A stretch of 64,000 bases of DNA, from positions 28,065 through 92,064 of the forward strand of contig SCUS01000095.1 of assembly GCA_004297725.1 (NCBI GenBank), read 5' to 3'. Origin of the DNA: Myxococcaceae bacterium. Lineage in GTDB: Bacteria; Myxococcota_A; Polyangia; Polyangiales; Ga0077539. The notes under the pieces are model-generated. The model was not told the origin of the DNA, ran no database searches, and saw only the letters and a list, made by a program, of their open reading frames with translations. The position numbers and the translations under genes are program-made. Below are positions 41,423-50,202 of the stretch, in pieces (the first letter of the stretch is position 1; every line of letters begins with the position of its first letter).

Positions 41423-42688
41423 ATGGCGCTCCACGCAGGCCATCGCCATGGTCTTGCGCTCACCACGGCCCTGCTGTGCGCGGCGCTGGGGTGCGTCACC
41501 GACGAGTGGCACGTCCCCGCCGACGCCTGCGCGCGCTGTGACGCCGACGAGGGCGCGGTCGGGGATGCGTCCGACGCGGCGGCCCCCGATGCGGGCGAGC
41601 CTGCCTCCTGCGCGGGACAACCCCTGCGCGCGCTCGCGGTCAGCCACGGGCACTACGCGTGCGCCCTGCGCTGCGACGGCAGCGTGTGGTGCTGGGGCGC
41701 CAACGAGCACGGGCAGCTCGGCGACGGGACCACCGTGGCGCGATCGACCCCCGTGCAGGTGCGCGGCCTCGGCGGCCCGGCCACGGCGATCGGAGCGGGC
41801 TACCAGCACGCGTGCGCCGTCGTGCGCGGAGAGGCCCGCTGCTGGGGGCAGAACCTCTACGGCGAACTCGGTGACGGCACCCACGAGCAGCGCGTCGAGC
41901 CCGCGACGGTCCCGGGGATCGACGGTGCCGTCGTCGCGGTCGCGGGGGGCGAGCACCACACATGCGCGATCGTCGAGGGTGGCGCGATGCGCTGCTGGGG
42001 CTTCAACATGTTTGGCGGCGTGGGGGACGGGACCAACGTCGACCGCCCCATGCCCCACGTCGTGGCCGCCTTGAGGGGCAGCGTCGACGCGATGGCCCTC
42101 GGCCAGTTCAGCACCTGCGCGCGAACCCTCGAGGGCGAGCTGCGCTGCTGGGGGCTCAACGCCTTCGGCGACCTCGGCGACGGGACCATCAGCAACCGGA
42201 ACACCCCCCTTTCCCTCGTGCTGTCCGAGCCCGTGCGCGCGGTCGCGCTGCTCGCCAACCACGTCTGCGCGACGCTCGAATCCGGCGCCGTCTGGTGCTG
42301 GGGCTACAACATCGACGGCGCCCTGGGCGACCGCTCGACCGTGACGCGGCTGCGGCCCGTGGCGGTCCACGGCCTCGAAGGCAGCGCGGTCTCGCTCACC
42401 GTCGGCGGACGCCATAGCTGCGCCGCGACCGGGGACGGCGCCGTGCGCTGCTGGGGCGGCAACGAGCGCGGACAGCTCGGCGACGGGAGCACCACGCGCC
42501 GCCTCTCCCCCATGCAGGTCGTCGACCTCGGCGGCCCCGCGGCGGTCGTGGGCGCCAGCGAGGCGAGCACCTGCGCCGCGCTGCGCGACGGCCTCGTGCG
42601 CTGCTGGGGCGCGAACGAGTCAGGCCAGCTCGGAAACGGCTCGACCGTCGACGCCGTCACCCCCGTGACGGTGCGGCTTCCTCCCTAG
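41423..42688 (+). CDS. RCC1/BLIP-II repeat lipoprotein (7-bladed propeller type)
   Basis: ATG at 41423 gives MALHAGHRHGLALTTALLCAALGC (lipobox). About seven repeats of the form CWGxNxxGQLGDGT...P follow. Confidence 0.8.
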   Translation: MALHAGHRHGLALTTALLCAALGCVTDEWHVPADACARCDADEGAVGDASDAAAPDAGEPASCAGQPLRALAVSHGHYACALRCDGSVWCWGANEHGQLGDGTTVARSTPVQVRGLGGPATAIGAGYQHACAVVRGEARCWGQNLYGELGDGTHEQRVEPATVPGIDGAVVAVAGGEHHTCAIVEGGAMRCWGFNMFGGVGDGTNVDRPMPHVVAALRGSVDAMALGQFSTCARTLEGELRCWGLNAFGDLGDGTISNRNTPLSLVLSEPVRAVALLANHVCATLESGAVWCWGYNIDGALGDRSTVTRLRPVAVHGLEGSAVSLTVGGRHSCAATGDGAVRCWGGNERGQLGDGSTTRRLSPMQVVDLGGPAAVVGASEASTCAALRDGLVRCWGANESGQLGNGSTVDAVTPVTVRLPP

Positions 42689-42721
42689 CGCTTCGACGCG
42701 ATACCGTCGCCTGGACAACCG

Positions 42722-43708
42722 ATGCGCGTCGCATCCCTCCCCCAGAGCCTCGTCGTGGGCGTCGCCATCGCGTGGGCCGCTCCGGCCTCCGCGCAGAATG
42801 GCACCGACGCCGCGCGGCGCGACCTCATCGCCGACGCCGCGGCGGCCTCGGAGGCAGGAGACCACGCGCGCGCCATCGAGCTCGCGGCGCGGGCCGCGGC
42901 GCTCCGGGCCACCCCCTCGCTGCGCTACTTCCTCGCCCGCGAGCACCTCGCGGTCGGACATCCCGTCGAGGCCCTCGCGCTCGCGGGCGAGTGCGCCTCG
43001 GGCGCCCGCGCCGACCGCGAGGTTCACAACCGCGAGGCGCTCGTCGCCCGCTGTGAAGCCGTCGCCGCGGAGGCCGAGCGCGGCGTCGCGCGGCTCACGG
43101 TGCAGGTCCCGACGCCTGCGCCCGAGGGGCTCCGCGTGACCGTCGCCGGGAGCGTGCTCGCGCCGCCGCTGTACGCCGTCGACGTCCCCGTCGTCCCAGG
43201 TCCGACCGAGGTGACCGCGTCGGCGCCTGGGCGCGCCCCCTTTCACGCGACGATCACCCTCGCCGCGGGGGCCCGCGAGACCCTCGCGGTGACCCTCGCG
43301 GAGCCGCCGCCTCCGACGCCCCCGACGCCCGGGGCGATCGTCACGGCGTCGCTCCCCACCCCGCCGCCGCAGCAGCAGCCGCCGCCTCGGACACCGGGCG
43401 GCGCGGGCCCGTGGGTCCTCGTCGGCGTCGGCGCGCTCGGACTGGTCGTCGGAGGGGTGTTCGGCGCCGTCTCGATCGACGCGCACGACTCGCGCGACGC
43501 GGCCTGCCCGTCGGCGTCCCGCTGCGACGGCGGCGCGGCGGAGCGCCTCGACGCGCGCTACCGCGACGCCTCGCTCGGGGCCAACGTGGCCTTCGTGGTG
43601 GGCGGCGTCTCCCTCGCCGCGGGGCTGACGTGGTGGCTCGTCGCCCGCACCCGCTCCCGCAGTCCTCTTGCTTCGCTCTCCCCCGCGGGCGTCGTGCTGC
43701 GGTGGTAG
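42722..43708 (+). CDS. secreted, C-terminally TM-anchored hypothetical protein (PEGA-like middle region)
   Basis: Signal peptide (VVGVAIAWAAPASA), a Pro-rich linker and a TM segment (WVLVGVGALGLVVGGVFGAV). Confidence 0.5.
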   Translation: MRVASLPQSLVVGVAIAWAAPASAQNGTDAARRDLIADAAAASEAGDHARAIELAARAAALRATPSLRYFLAREHLAVGHPVEALALAGECASGARADREVHNREALVARCEAVAAEAERGVARLTVQVPTPAPEGLRVTVAGSVLAPPLYAVDVPVVPGPTEVTASAPGRAPFHATITLAAGARETLAVTLAEPPPPTPPTPGAIVTASLPTPPPQQQPPPRTPGGAGPWVLVGVGALGLVVGGVFGAVSIDAHDSRDAACPSASRCDGGAAERLDARYRDASLGANVAFVVGGVSLAAGLTWWLVARTRSRSPLASLSPAGVVLRW

Positions 43709-43721
43709 GCGCGGAGGCTCC

Positions 43722-44696
43722 TCAGTGCTTCGTGACCGTGACCGACGCGCCCGGAGCGAGGTTGAGCCGCAGCGCGCCCCCGCGGCGCTCGATCAGGGTG
43801 ACGCCATCGACGCCGACGCGCTCGAGGTCCTTGCGCACGCGGCACACGAGGGTGTTGATCTCGGTGCGGCCCGAGTCGGCGCCGGGCCAGAGCCGCTCGG
43901 CGACCGTCGCATCGGGGATCATCTCTCCGACCCGCAGCGGCGCCGGCGGCTGCATCAGCAGCGCGACGAGCTCGCAGCGCCTCTCCGCCAGCCACACCGA
44001 GCGGCCCCGCGCGCCCGTCGTGACGACGAGCTGACCGCCGCGCGGCAGGATCGTGAGGGCGACCCCCGAGGCGGGCTCCTCGAGCGTCGGGACCCCGGTG
44101 GGCTTGGAGGGGTCCGCGGGCAGCGCCACGACGCGGAGGGACGCGCCGTGTAGCGTCACCCGATCGCCGCTGCGCAGCGGCGTGAGGTCGCCCACGTCCA
44201 GCGGGCGCCCGACGGAGATGCCGGGCACCAGCGCCTCGAGCACGAGGCCCGCGCCGACGGGGTGCAGCGCCATCCCCCTCGGGGGCCACCCCTCGACGAC
44301 GAGGTCGTCCTCGGGGCCGCCGCCGACGGAGAGGACCGCGGCGCCGACGCGCATCAGCACCCCGGCGGTGCGCTCGACGAACCACAGCAGGCTCGGCTCC
44401 TCGTCCGCGAGCGCCTCGCTGCGCAGCGTGAAGCGGTGCTCGGCGAGCTCGACGACGTCGCCCTCGCCCAGCGTGCAGGGCTCGTCGCGGGAGGCGCCGT
44501 TCACGCCGACGCCCTGGCGCCCCATGGGGATCACCTCGACCCCGTCCTCGACGACGCGAAAGAGCGCGTGGTGCCGGCTCACGGCCTCGTTGGTGAGCAC
44601 CACGTCGCAGTCCGGGCTGCGCCCGACGAGCACGCTCCCGCCGTGCAGGGGCACCCGCGTCTCGGTCGTCTCGAGCCACCAGCGCAGCCGCTTCAC
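43722..44696 (-). CDS. FHA-domain protein with C-terminal OmpR/PhoB-type winged-helix DNA-binding domain
   Basis: The FHA domain reads GGSVLVGRSPDCDVVLTNEAVSRHHALF...NG...L.EGDVVEL. The C-terminal ELVALLMQPP...MIPDATVAERLWPGADSGRTEINTLVCRVRKDL...IERRGGALRL resembles trans_reg_C. GTG start lies 21 nt after the kinase stop. Confidence 0.7.
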   Translation of the reverse strand: MKRLRWWLETTETRVPLHGGSVLVGRSPDCDVVLTNEAVSRHHALFRVVEDGVEVIPMGRQGVGVNGASRDEPCTLGEGDVVELAEHRFTLRSEALADEEPSLLWFVERTAGVLMRVGAAVLSVGGGPEDDLVVEGWPPRGMALHPVGAGLVLEALVPGISVGRPLDVGDLTPLRSGDRVTLHGASLRVVALPADPSKPTGVPTLEEPASGVALTILPRGGQLVVTTGARGRSVWLAERRCELVALLMQPPAPLRVGEMIPDATVAERLWPGADSGRTEINTLVCRVRKDLERVGVDGVTLIERRGGALRLNLAPGASVTVTKH

Positions 44697-44717
44697 GGGG
44701 AGCCTCTACGCATCGTC

Positions 44718-46013
44718 CTACTCGATCTCGATCTCGCCGTCCGCGGTCGCGCCGTGCCGGGCGTCGGCCGAGCGCAGGGCGCGACGGTGCGCGGCCGATC
44801 TATGCGCTACGGGGGCTCGCGCCACGCGCTCGGCGGACGGGGCTTGCGCGCTCGCGGTGAGGGGCCCGAGGGCGCGCTCGACGCTGGCGTCGGGCGTCGC
44901 GGACGGCGGAAGGGGCGCGGTCGCCGAGAGCGCGGGCGGAGGCCGATGATCGCCCGTCGGGGGGCGAGCGGCCCTCCCGCGCAGAGCCCCCGCGGACGCG
45001 AGGGCGACGCAGGCCAGGCCGAGCGCGCCCAGCGCCCAGCGCCGCGAGGTGCTCCGCGCCGGGGCGTGGGACGACGTGGCGGGTGAGCGCGCCGCGTGCC
45101 AGGCCCGCTGCGCGCCGTCGAGGTTGGTCTCGAGGTCGGCGAGGAGCGCGGCGGCGTCGCCGTGGCGGCCCTTCGGCATGAGCGCCAGGGCCCGCTCGAG
45201 GACCGCCTCCCACGGGCCGACCTCGACGTCGAAGGTGCGCGGCGTGGGGCGCTCCCGGGCGGTGATGCGCGCGTAGAGGTCGATGCTCGTCTCGCCGCGG
45301 TACGCTCGCTGCCCGACGAGCACCTCGACGAGGAGCAGGGCGAGCGCGTGCACGTCGGTCCAGGGCCCCGTGCGCAGCCGCCCTACCTGCTCGGGCGCGG
45401 CGTGCGAGAGCGAGAACGACGCGCGCTCGTCGCCGGTGTAGCTGTTGCCGTCGGTGCCCCGCTCGTCGGGCGCGAAGGCCTTGGCGAGGCCGAAATCCAG
45501 CACCCGCGCCGAGACCTCTCCGTGCCGCGTCGGCGCGACTATCACGTTGGCGGGCTTCAGGTCGCGGTGCACGACCCCCGCCTCGTGGGCGCTCGCGATG
45601 GCGTCGAACACCGGGCGCAGCAGCGCGAGGGCCTCCCGCGGCGAGCGCGGCCCGGCATCGGGCGCCCGGAGCGTGGCGTCGAGCGTCGCGCCCTCGATCC
45701 ACTCGAGCACCGTGTACGGGTGCGCGCGCCCTTCCACCGTCGTGACGCCGACGTCGTGGACCCGCACGATCGCCGGGTGGTGCAGCCCCGCGACGGTGAG
45801 CGCCTCGGCCTCGAAGGCCTCGACGAAGCGCGCCCGCGCGGCGCCCTCGTAGACCTCGGGCACCGCGAGCACCTTCACCGCGACCGGGCGGCGCAGCGCG
45901 AGGTGCGTCCCCCGGTACACCGCGCCGTAGCCTCCGCGCGCGACGAAGGCGTCGAGGGTGAAGCGCCCGTCCAGCGTGGTGCCGCTCAGTCGCTCGATCG
46001 CGTCGTCTGCCAT
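44718..46013 (-). CDS. Ser/Thr protein kinase (C-terminal TM anchor)
   Basis: ARGGYGAVY, VAVKVL, HRDLKPAN, DFGLAK and the TM segment WALGALGLACVALASAG. Confidence 0.85.
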   Translation of the reverse strand: MADDAIERLSGTTLDGRFTLDAFVARGGYGAVYRGTHLALRRPVAVKVLAVPEVYEGAARARFVEAFEAEALTVAGLHHPAIVRVHDVGVTTVEGRAHPYTVLEWIEGATLDATLRAPDAGPRSPREALALLRPVFDAIASAHEAGVVHRDLKPANVIVAPTRHGEVSARVLDFGLAKAFAPDERGTDGNSYTGDERASFSLSHAAPEQVGRLRTGPWTDVHALALLLVEVLVGQRAYRGETSIDLYARITARERPTPRTFDVEVGPWEAVLERALALMPKGRHGDAAALLADLETNLDGAQRAWHAARSPATSSHAPARSTSRRWALGALGLACVALASAGALRGRAARPPTGDHRPPPALSATAPLPPSATPDASVERALGPLTASAQAPSAERVARAPVAHRSAAHRRALRSADARHGATADGEIEIE

Positions 46014-46183
46014 GACCGCCCAGGAATCCTAGCAGCGGCGGCGACATCGCCGGGGGGTGATTTCACCCCGATTACATCCATGGACTCCCTGAGATCGGGC
46101 TGATACCCCGAAGAAATCGTCTGGATCGAGCGCCGTCGGCGACGACGGTGAGCGTGATGCAGGACGTCATGGAGGTCGCGTAG

Positions 46184-47782
46184 ATGCCTGTCCGAACGAG
46201 CCGAGTGATGAAGTCCGATTCTCCCCGCGCGAGGGCCAGGGCGCTGCGGGTGCACGTGCTGGCGCTGGCGGCGACCGCCGCGGTGCTGGCGCCGTCCGCT
46301 GCGGAGGCGCAGGTGATCTCGCGCTTCTCGCTGCGCGGCGAGCTGGGCGCGGGGCTGATGATCTCGAGCCTGCAGCGCTCGGCGCTCGCGCTCGACTCGG
46401 CGCACGTCCAGGCGACCGGGCGCATCGGGTTCAACGTCGTCGACTGGCTGTCGATCCAGCTCTCGGTGAACAACGGGTTCTTCCTCGCGGGGCAGGACCA
46501 GGCGACCGGGCGCACGCTCGCGCTCCAGGGCGGCCTCCGGATCGAGCCGATGATCGGCACCGTCGGGCGGCTGTGGGCGGACGTGAACGGCGGCTACGTC
46601 TCGACCGGGACGCAGCGGCGCCCGGGCCTCGACGTGGGCCTCGGGTTCGAGTTCCAGGCGGCGCGCTGGCTCGGGATCGGGCCCTACGCGCGCTATCACC
46701 TGGTGTTTCACGACAGCGCGGTGAACGCCCCGAGCGAGGCGGCGTACGTCGCCTTCGGGCTCTCGTTCACCCTGCGCGTGCCGCGGGATGAGCCGATCCT
46801 CGACCGCGACCGCGACGGCGTGCTCGACCCCGACGACCAGTGCGTGGACGTCCCGCAGGGCGCGACGCCCGACCCCGCGCGCCGCGGCTGTCCGCGGCCG
46901 GACCGCGACGGCGACGGGGTCTTCGACGACGAGGACCAGTGCGTGGACGTCCCGCAGGGCGCGACCCCGGACCCCGCGCGCCGCGGGTGCCCGCGCCCCG
47001 ACGCCGACGGCGACGGGGTCTTCGACGACGAGGACCGCTGCGTCACCACGCCGATGGGCGCGAACCCCGACCCCGATCCCGCGCGTCGCGGCTGCCCCGA
47101 CGGCGACGACGACAACGACGGCGTGCTCAACAGCCGCGACCTGTGCCGCACCGAGCACCAGACCTCCAACCCCGACCCCAACCGCCTGGGCTGCCCCGAG
47201 CGCGACACGGACGGAGACCGCATCCCCGACCGCCTCGACCGCTGCCCGAGCGAGCCCGGGATGCCGAACACCGAGAACCCCGCGCGGCACGGCTGCCCGG
47301 GCCTCGTGGTGCTCACCAACCGGGTCATCCGCATCACGCAGCCGGTGTACTTCGCGACCGCGGCCGACGCGATCCTCCCGACCTCGTTCCCGGTGCTGGA
47401 GGCCGTTCGCATGACGCTCCAGGCGACGCCCGATCTGCGCCGGGTGTCCATCGAGGGCCACACCGACGACGCGAACGACGACGCGTCGAACCTCGACCTC
47501 TCGAACCGCCGCGCCGCGAGCGTGATGCGCTACCTCGTCGAGCACGGCATCGACGCCGGGCGCCTCGAGGCGCATGGCTTCGGCGAGGCCCGCCCGATCC
47601 AGCCGATCACGGATTCGCGCGGCCATGCGCTGCGCCGCCGCGCCCTGGATGCCGCCCGCCAGGCCAACCGCCGCGTGGAGTTCCGCATCGTGGACCCTGC
47701 GCCTCCTGCGAACGAGGCGCCGAGCACGCCGACGCCGCCCGCGCCGCCCCCTCCCTCGTCGCGCCGCCGCCGCCGCCACTGA
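46184..47782 (+). CDS. OmpA-family protein with thrombospondin type-3 (TSP3) Ca-binding repeats
   Basis: It has a signal peptide and a beta-barrel-like N-terminus. About seven DxDxDGxxDxxDxC repeats lie at 46.79-47.26 kb (DRDGVLDPDDQC, DRDGDGVFDDEDQC, DADGDGVFDDEDRC and so on). The OmpA_C domain shows VSIEGHTDD...NLDLSNRRAASV...RRVEFRI. Confidence 0.8.
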   Translation: MPVRTSRVMKSDSPRARARALRVHVLALAATAAVLAPSAAEAQVISRFSLRGELGAGLMISSLQRSALALDSAHVQATGRIGFNVVDWLSIQLSVNNGFFLAGQDQATGRTLALQGGLRIEPMIGTVGRLWADVNGGYVSTGTQRRPGLDVGLGFEFQAARWLGIGPYARYHLVFHDSAVNAPSEAAYVAFGLSFTLRVPRDEPILDRDRDGVLDPDDQCVDVPQGATPDPARRGCPRPDRDGDGVFDDEDQCVDVPQGATPDPARRGCPRPDADGDGVFDDEDRCVTTPMGANPDPDPARRGCPDGDDDNDGVLNSRDLCRTEHQTSNPDPNRLGCPERDTDGDRIPDRLDRCPSEPGMPNTENPARHGCPGLVVLTNRVIRITQPVYFATAADAILPTSFPVLEAVRMTLQATPDLRRVSIEGHTDDANDDASNLDLSNRRAASVMRYLVEHGIDAGRLEAHGFGEARPIQPITDSRGHALRRRALDAARQANRRVEFRIVDPAPPANEAPSTPTPPAPPPPSSRRRRRH

Positions 47783-47828
47783 CAGGACAAACCCGGTGAA
47801 GCCCCATCTCTCTCACGGAGCCCGACGC

Positions 47829-49304
47829 ATGGAATCCCTGCGGTACCGTATCGGATCACGAACCCTCTTCTCCGCGGCCGCGTGCGCCCTCCTGCTGCAG
47901 TCCGCGGGCTGTGACGTGGGTCGCAGCATCCTCGTCCCGATCAGCGACGCGAGCGCGACGGACGTCCCGACGACGGACGTCCCGACGACGGACGCGCCGC
48001 TCACCGATGTCACCATGAGCGACGGCGGCATGGACGTCGTCACGGGCGATGTCCCCGCGACGGACGTGCCTGCGACGGACGTCCCCGCGACGGACGTGCC
48101 CGCGACGGACGTCCCCGCGACGGACGTCCCCGCGACGGACGTGCCCGCGACGGACGTCCCTGCGACCAGCACGTGCGGCGCGGTGTTCGCGACGGGCTTC
48201 CCGATGTGCAGCGGGCAGCCGTCCTTCTGGCCGTGCATCACGGCCCTCCGGTCGCGGCTCGCGGGCGCCGAGCTCACGCGCTTCAACGCGCTCGCGACCT
48301 GCGTCGAGGCGGCCTGCGGGACCAACCCGACGGAGATGTGTGCGTCCTCGCACTGCTACGAGGAGGTCACCTCGTGCCACCCGATCTGCGCGCTCGCTAC
48401 CTCGTGCGGCTTCTCCACGTGCACCGGCATGAGCTGCGCGGCGTCCTTCAACCGCTGCGGGATGCTCGTCTCCGGCGCGGAGGCGACCCGCTTCGCGGCG
48501 GTGCGCACGTGCCTGGAGCGGGTCTGCGGGGCCAGCCTCGACCCCAGCTGCGTCCAGTCGCCGAGCACCGAGGCCGCCTGCGCGGCGGAGATCTCTACCT
48601 GTGGACTGATGGCCATGCCCGGAGACGGCGGCGTGCCTCCCGCGGACGTGCCGCTCCCCAGCGACGCGCCCGCGATGTGCGCCGCGGGTCAGTCGCTGTG
48701 CGGCGGTGCCTGCGTGAGCCTCCTGAGCAGCGCGGCGCACTGCGGCGTGTGCAACGCGGCCTGCCCGGCGATGACCGCGTGCGTGAGCGGCACCTGCGTC
48801 GGCACGGGCACTTGCTCGGCGCCGCAGACCCAGTGCGGTTCGTCGTGTGTGAGCCTCCAGACCAACCCCGCGCACTGCGGCTCCTGCAACCACGCGTGCA
48901 CCACCGGGCAGACCTGCGTGAACGGGTCCTGCGTCGGCACCGGCGACCTCCGCTTCACCCTCACCTGGGACCGTCCCGGTGACGTGGACCTCCACGTCAC
49001 GCCCCCGTGCGGGATGAACATCTTCTACCGGCAGGCGAACATGCTCATCTGCGGCGGCACCCTCGACCGCGACGACACGACCGGGCTGGGGCCCGAGAAC
49101 GTCTTCTTCGGCGCCACCGCGCAGCGCGGCGAGTACCTCCTCTGCGTGATCCCGTACCGGATCGACGGCCCGACGACGGCGACGCTGCGCGTCTTCCAGG
49201 GCGCCGTCCTGAGGCAGAGCTTCACGCGGATGTTCGCGTCCTCGATGATGGTCGACGAGTGCTCGCGCTCCTCACCCTACTTCGTCGGCGCGTACACCTA
49301 CTGA
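47829..49304 (+). CDS. lipoprotein with (T/A)DVP(A/T) repeats, Cys-rich modules and DUF2135-like C-terminal domain
   Basis: ATG at 47829 gives MESLRYRIGSRTLFSAAACALLLQSAGC (lipobox). DVPAT x8 follows. Stig1-like units are CGGACVSLLSSAAHCGVCNAAC and CGSSCVSLQTNPAHCGSCNHAC. The C-terminus is DLRFTLTWDRPGDVDLHVTPPCG...GGTLDRDDTTGLGPENVFF. Confidence 0.65.
   Translation: MESLRYRIGSRTLFSAAACALLLQSAGCDVGRSILVPISDASATDVPTTDVPTTDAPLTDVTMSDGGMDVVTGDVPATDVPATDVPATDVPATDVPATDVPATDVPATDVPATSTCGAVFATGFPMCSGQPSFWPCITALRSRLAGAELTRFNALATCVEAACGTNPTEMCASSHCYEEVTSCHPICALATSCGFSTCTGMSCAASFNRCGMLVSGAEATRFAAVRTCLERVCGASLDPSCVQSPSTEAACAAEISTCGLMAMPGDGGVPPADVPLPSDAPAMCAAGQSLCGGACVSLLSSAAHCGVCNAACPAMTACVSGTCVGTGTCSAPQTQCGSSCVSLQTNPAHCGSCNHACTTGQTCVNGSCVGTGDLRFTLTWDRPGDVDLHVTPPCGMNIFYRQANMLICGGTLDRDDTTGLGPENVFFGATAQRGEYLLCVIPYRIDGPTTATLRVFQGAVLRQSFTRMFASSMMVDECSRSSPYFVGAYTY
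47961..48167 (+). repeat. in-frame 15-nt tandem repeat array (gacgt[cg]cc[cg|tg]cgacg), 8 near-perfect units at 48048-48167 plus degenerate units from 47961
   Basis: Direct reading. The units encode DVPAT and differ only at synonymous or third positions. They are contiguous, with no spacers. Confidence 0.9.
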
Positions 49305-49473
49305 GCGACGCCTCCCTGCCTCCCTCGCGCGGCGCCGCCACCCCCGCCGCCACCCCGCCGCCAGTGGCGGCGGAGCCCTCGAGCGCTCCCATCGCCCCGT
49401 AAACAAAGCCTCTTTCGCGCTCTCCCTCCGCTGGCACGCGCCGTGGTGAAGGCCCCCGGCGGAGGAACCGCCA

Positions 49474-50196
49474 TTGTTAGCCACCACGCACGCCAGCACG
49501 CTCATCGGCCTCGACTCGCACCCGGTGCAGGTCGAGGTCGACATCGCCCGGGGACTGCCCGCCTTCGACCTCGTCGGGCTCGCGGAGGTGGCCGTCCGCG
49601 AGTCCCGCACCCGCGTCCGCGCCGCCATGGAGCAGGCGGGCTACCTCTTTCCGCTGCGGAGGGTGACGGTCAACCTCGCGCCCGCGGACGTGAAGAAGGC
49701 CGGGACGGGCTTCGACCTCGCCATCGCGATCGCCACACTCGCGGCCGCGGGGGACTGCCCCTCCGCGGGGCTCGATGGCTGGCTGATGCTCGGGGAGCTG
49801 TCCCTCACCGGCAGCGTGCGCCCGGTGCGGGGAATACTCCCCCAGGTACTCGCGGCGAGGGACCGGGGGATGCGGGGGGCGATCGTTCCGCTGGAGAACG
49901 GGGCCGAGGCGGCGGTGGTGGAGGGCATCGAGGTGCGCGGCGCGGAGACCCTCCGAGGGGTGTGCGAGTTTCTCTGCGGCCGGGAGGAACTCCCCCTCAT
50001 CGAGCGCACCCGGGTGGTGGACCTCGCCACCGGGGACGCGCTGGAGGTGCTCGACCTGCTGGACGTCCGAGGCCAGTCGCACGCCAAGCGAGCCCTGGAG
50101 ATCGCCGCGGCGGGAGGGCACAACGTGCTGGTGTTATGGCGGGAAACACACCCGTTGCGCACGGGCCCCCACCCAGGCGCGCGACCTCTTATCTGA
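49474..50196 (+). pseudogene. comM: comM/yifB (Mg-chelatase-like AAA+ competence protein), 5' fragment truncated at the Walker-A box by island insertion
   Basis: The N-terminal Lon-like domain is intact (HPVQVEVDIARGLPAFDLVGLAEVAVRESRTRV...VNLAPADVKKAGTGFDLAIAIA...DVRGQSHAKRALEIAAAGGHNVLV). At about 50,134 the expected GPPGxGKT is replaced by LWRETHPLRTGPHPGARPLI-stop. G+C falls to the right of this point. Confidence 0.75.
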
Positions 50197-50202
50197 CGAA
50201 GG

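Noticed and set aside
47961-48167. Possible CRISPR array, because of the regularly spaced short repeats
   Set aside because: The units are contiguous with no spacers, are 15 nt long, and lie in frame inside a lipoprotein CDS encoding DVPAT. No cas genes are present.
50134-50200. Calling the island a Tn7-like transposon from its comM location and the TGT at the junction
   Set aside because: No tnsABC(D/E) genes or repeated TnsB-binding motifs are visible within the window. The junction sequence alone is not diagnostic.
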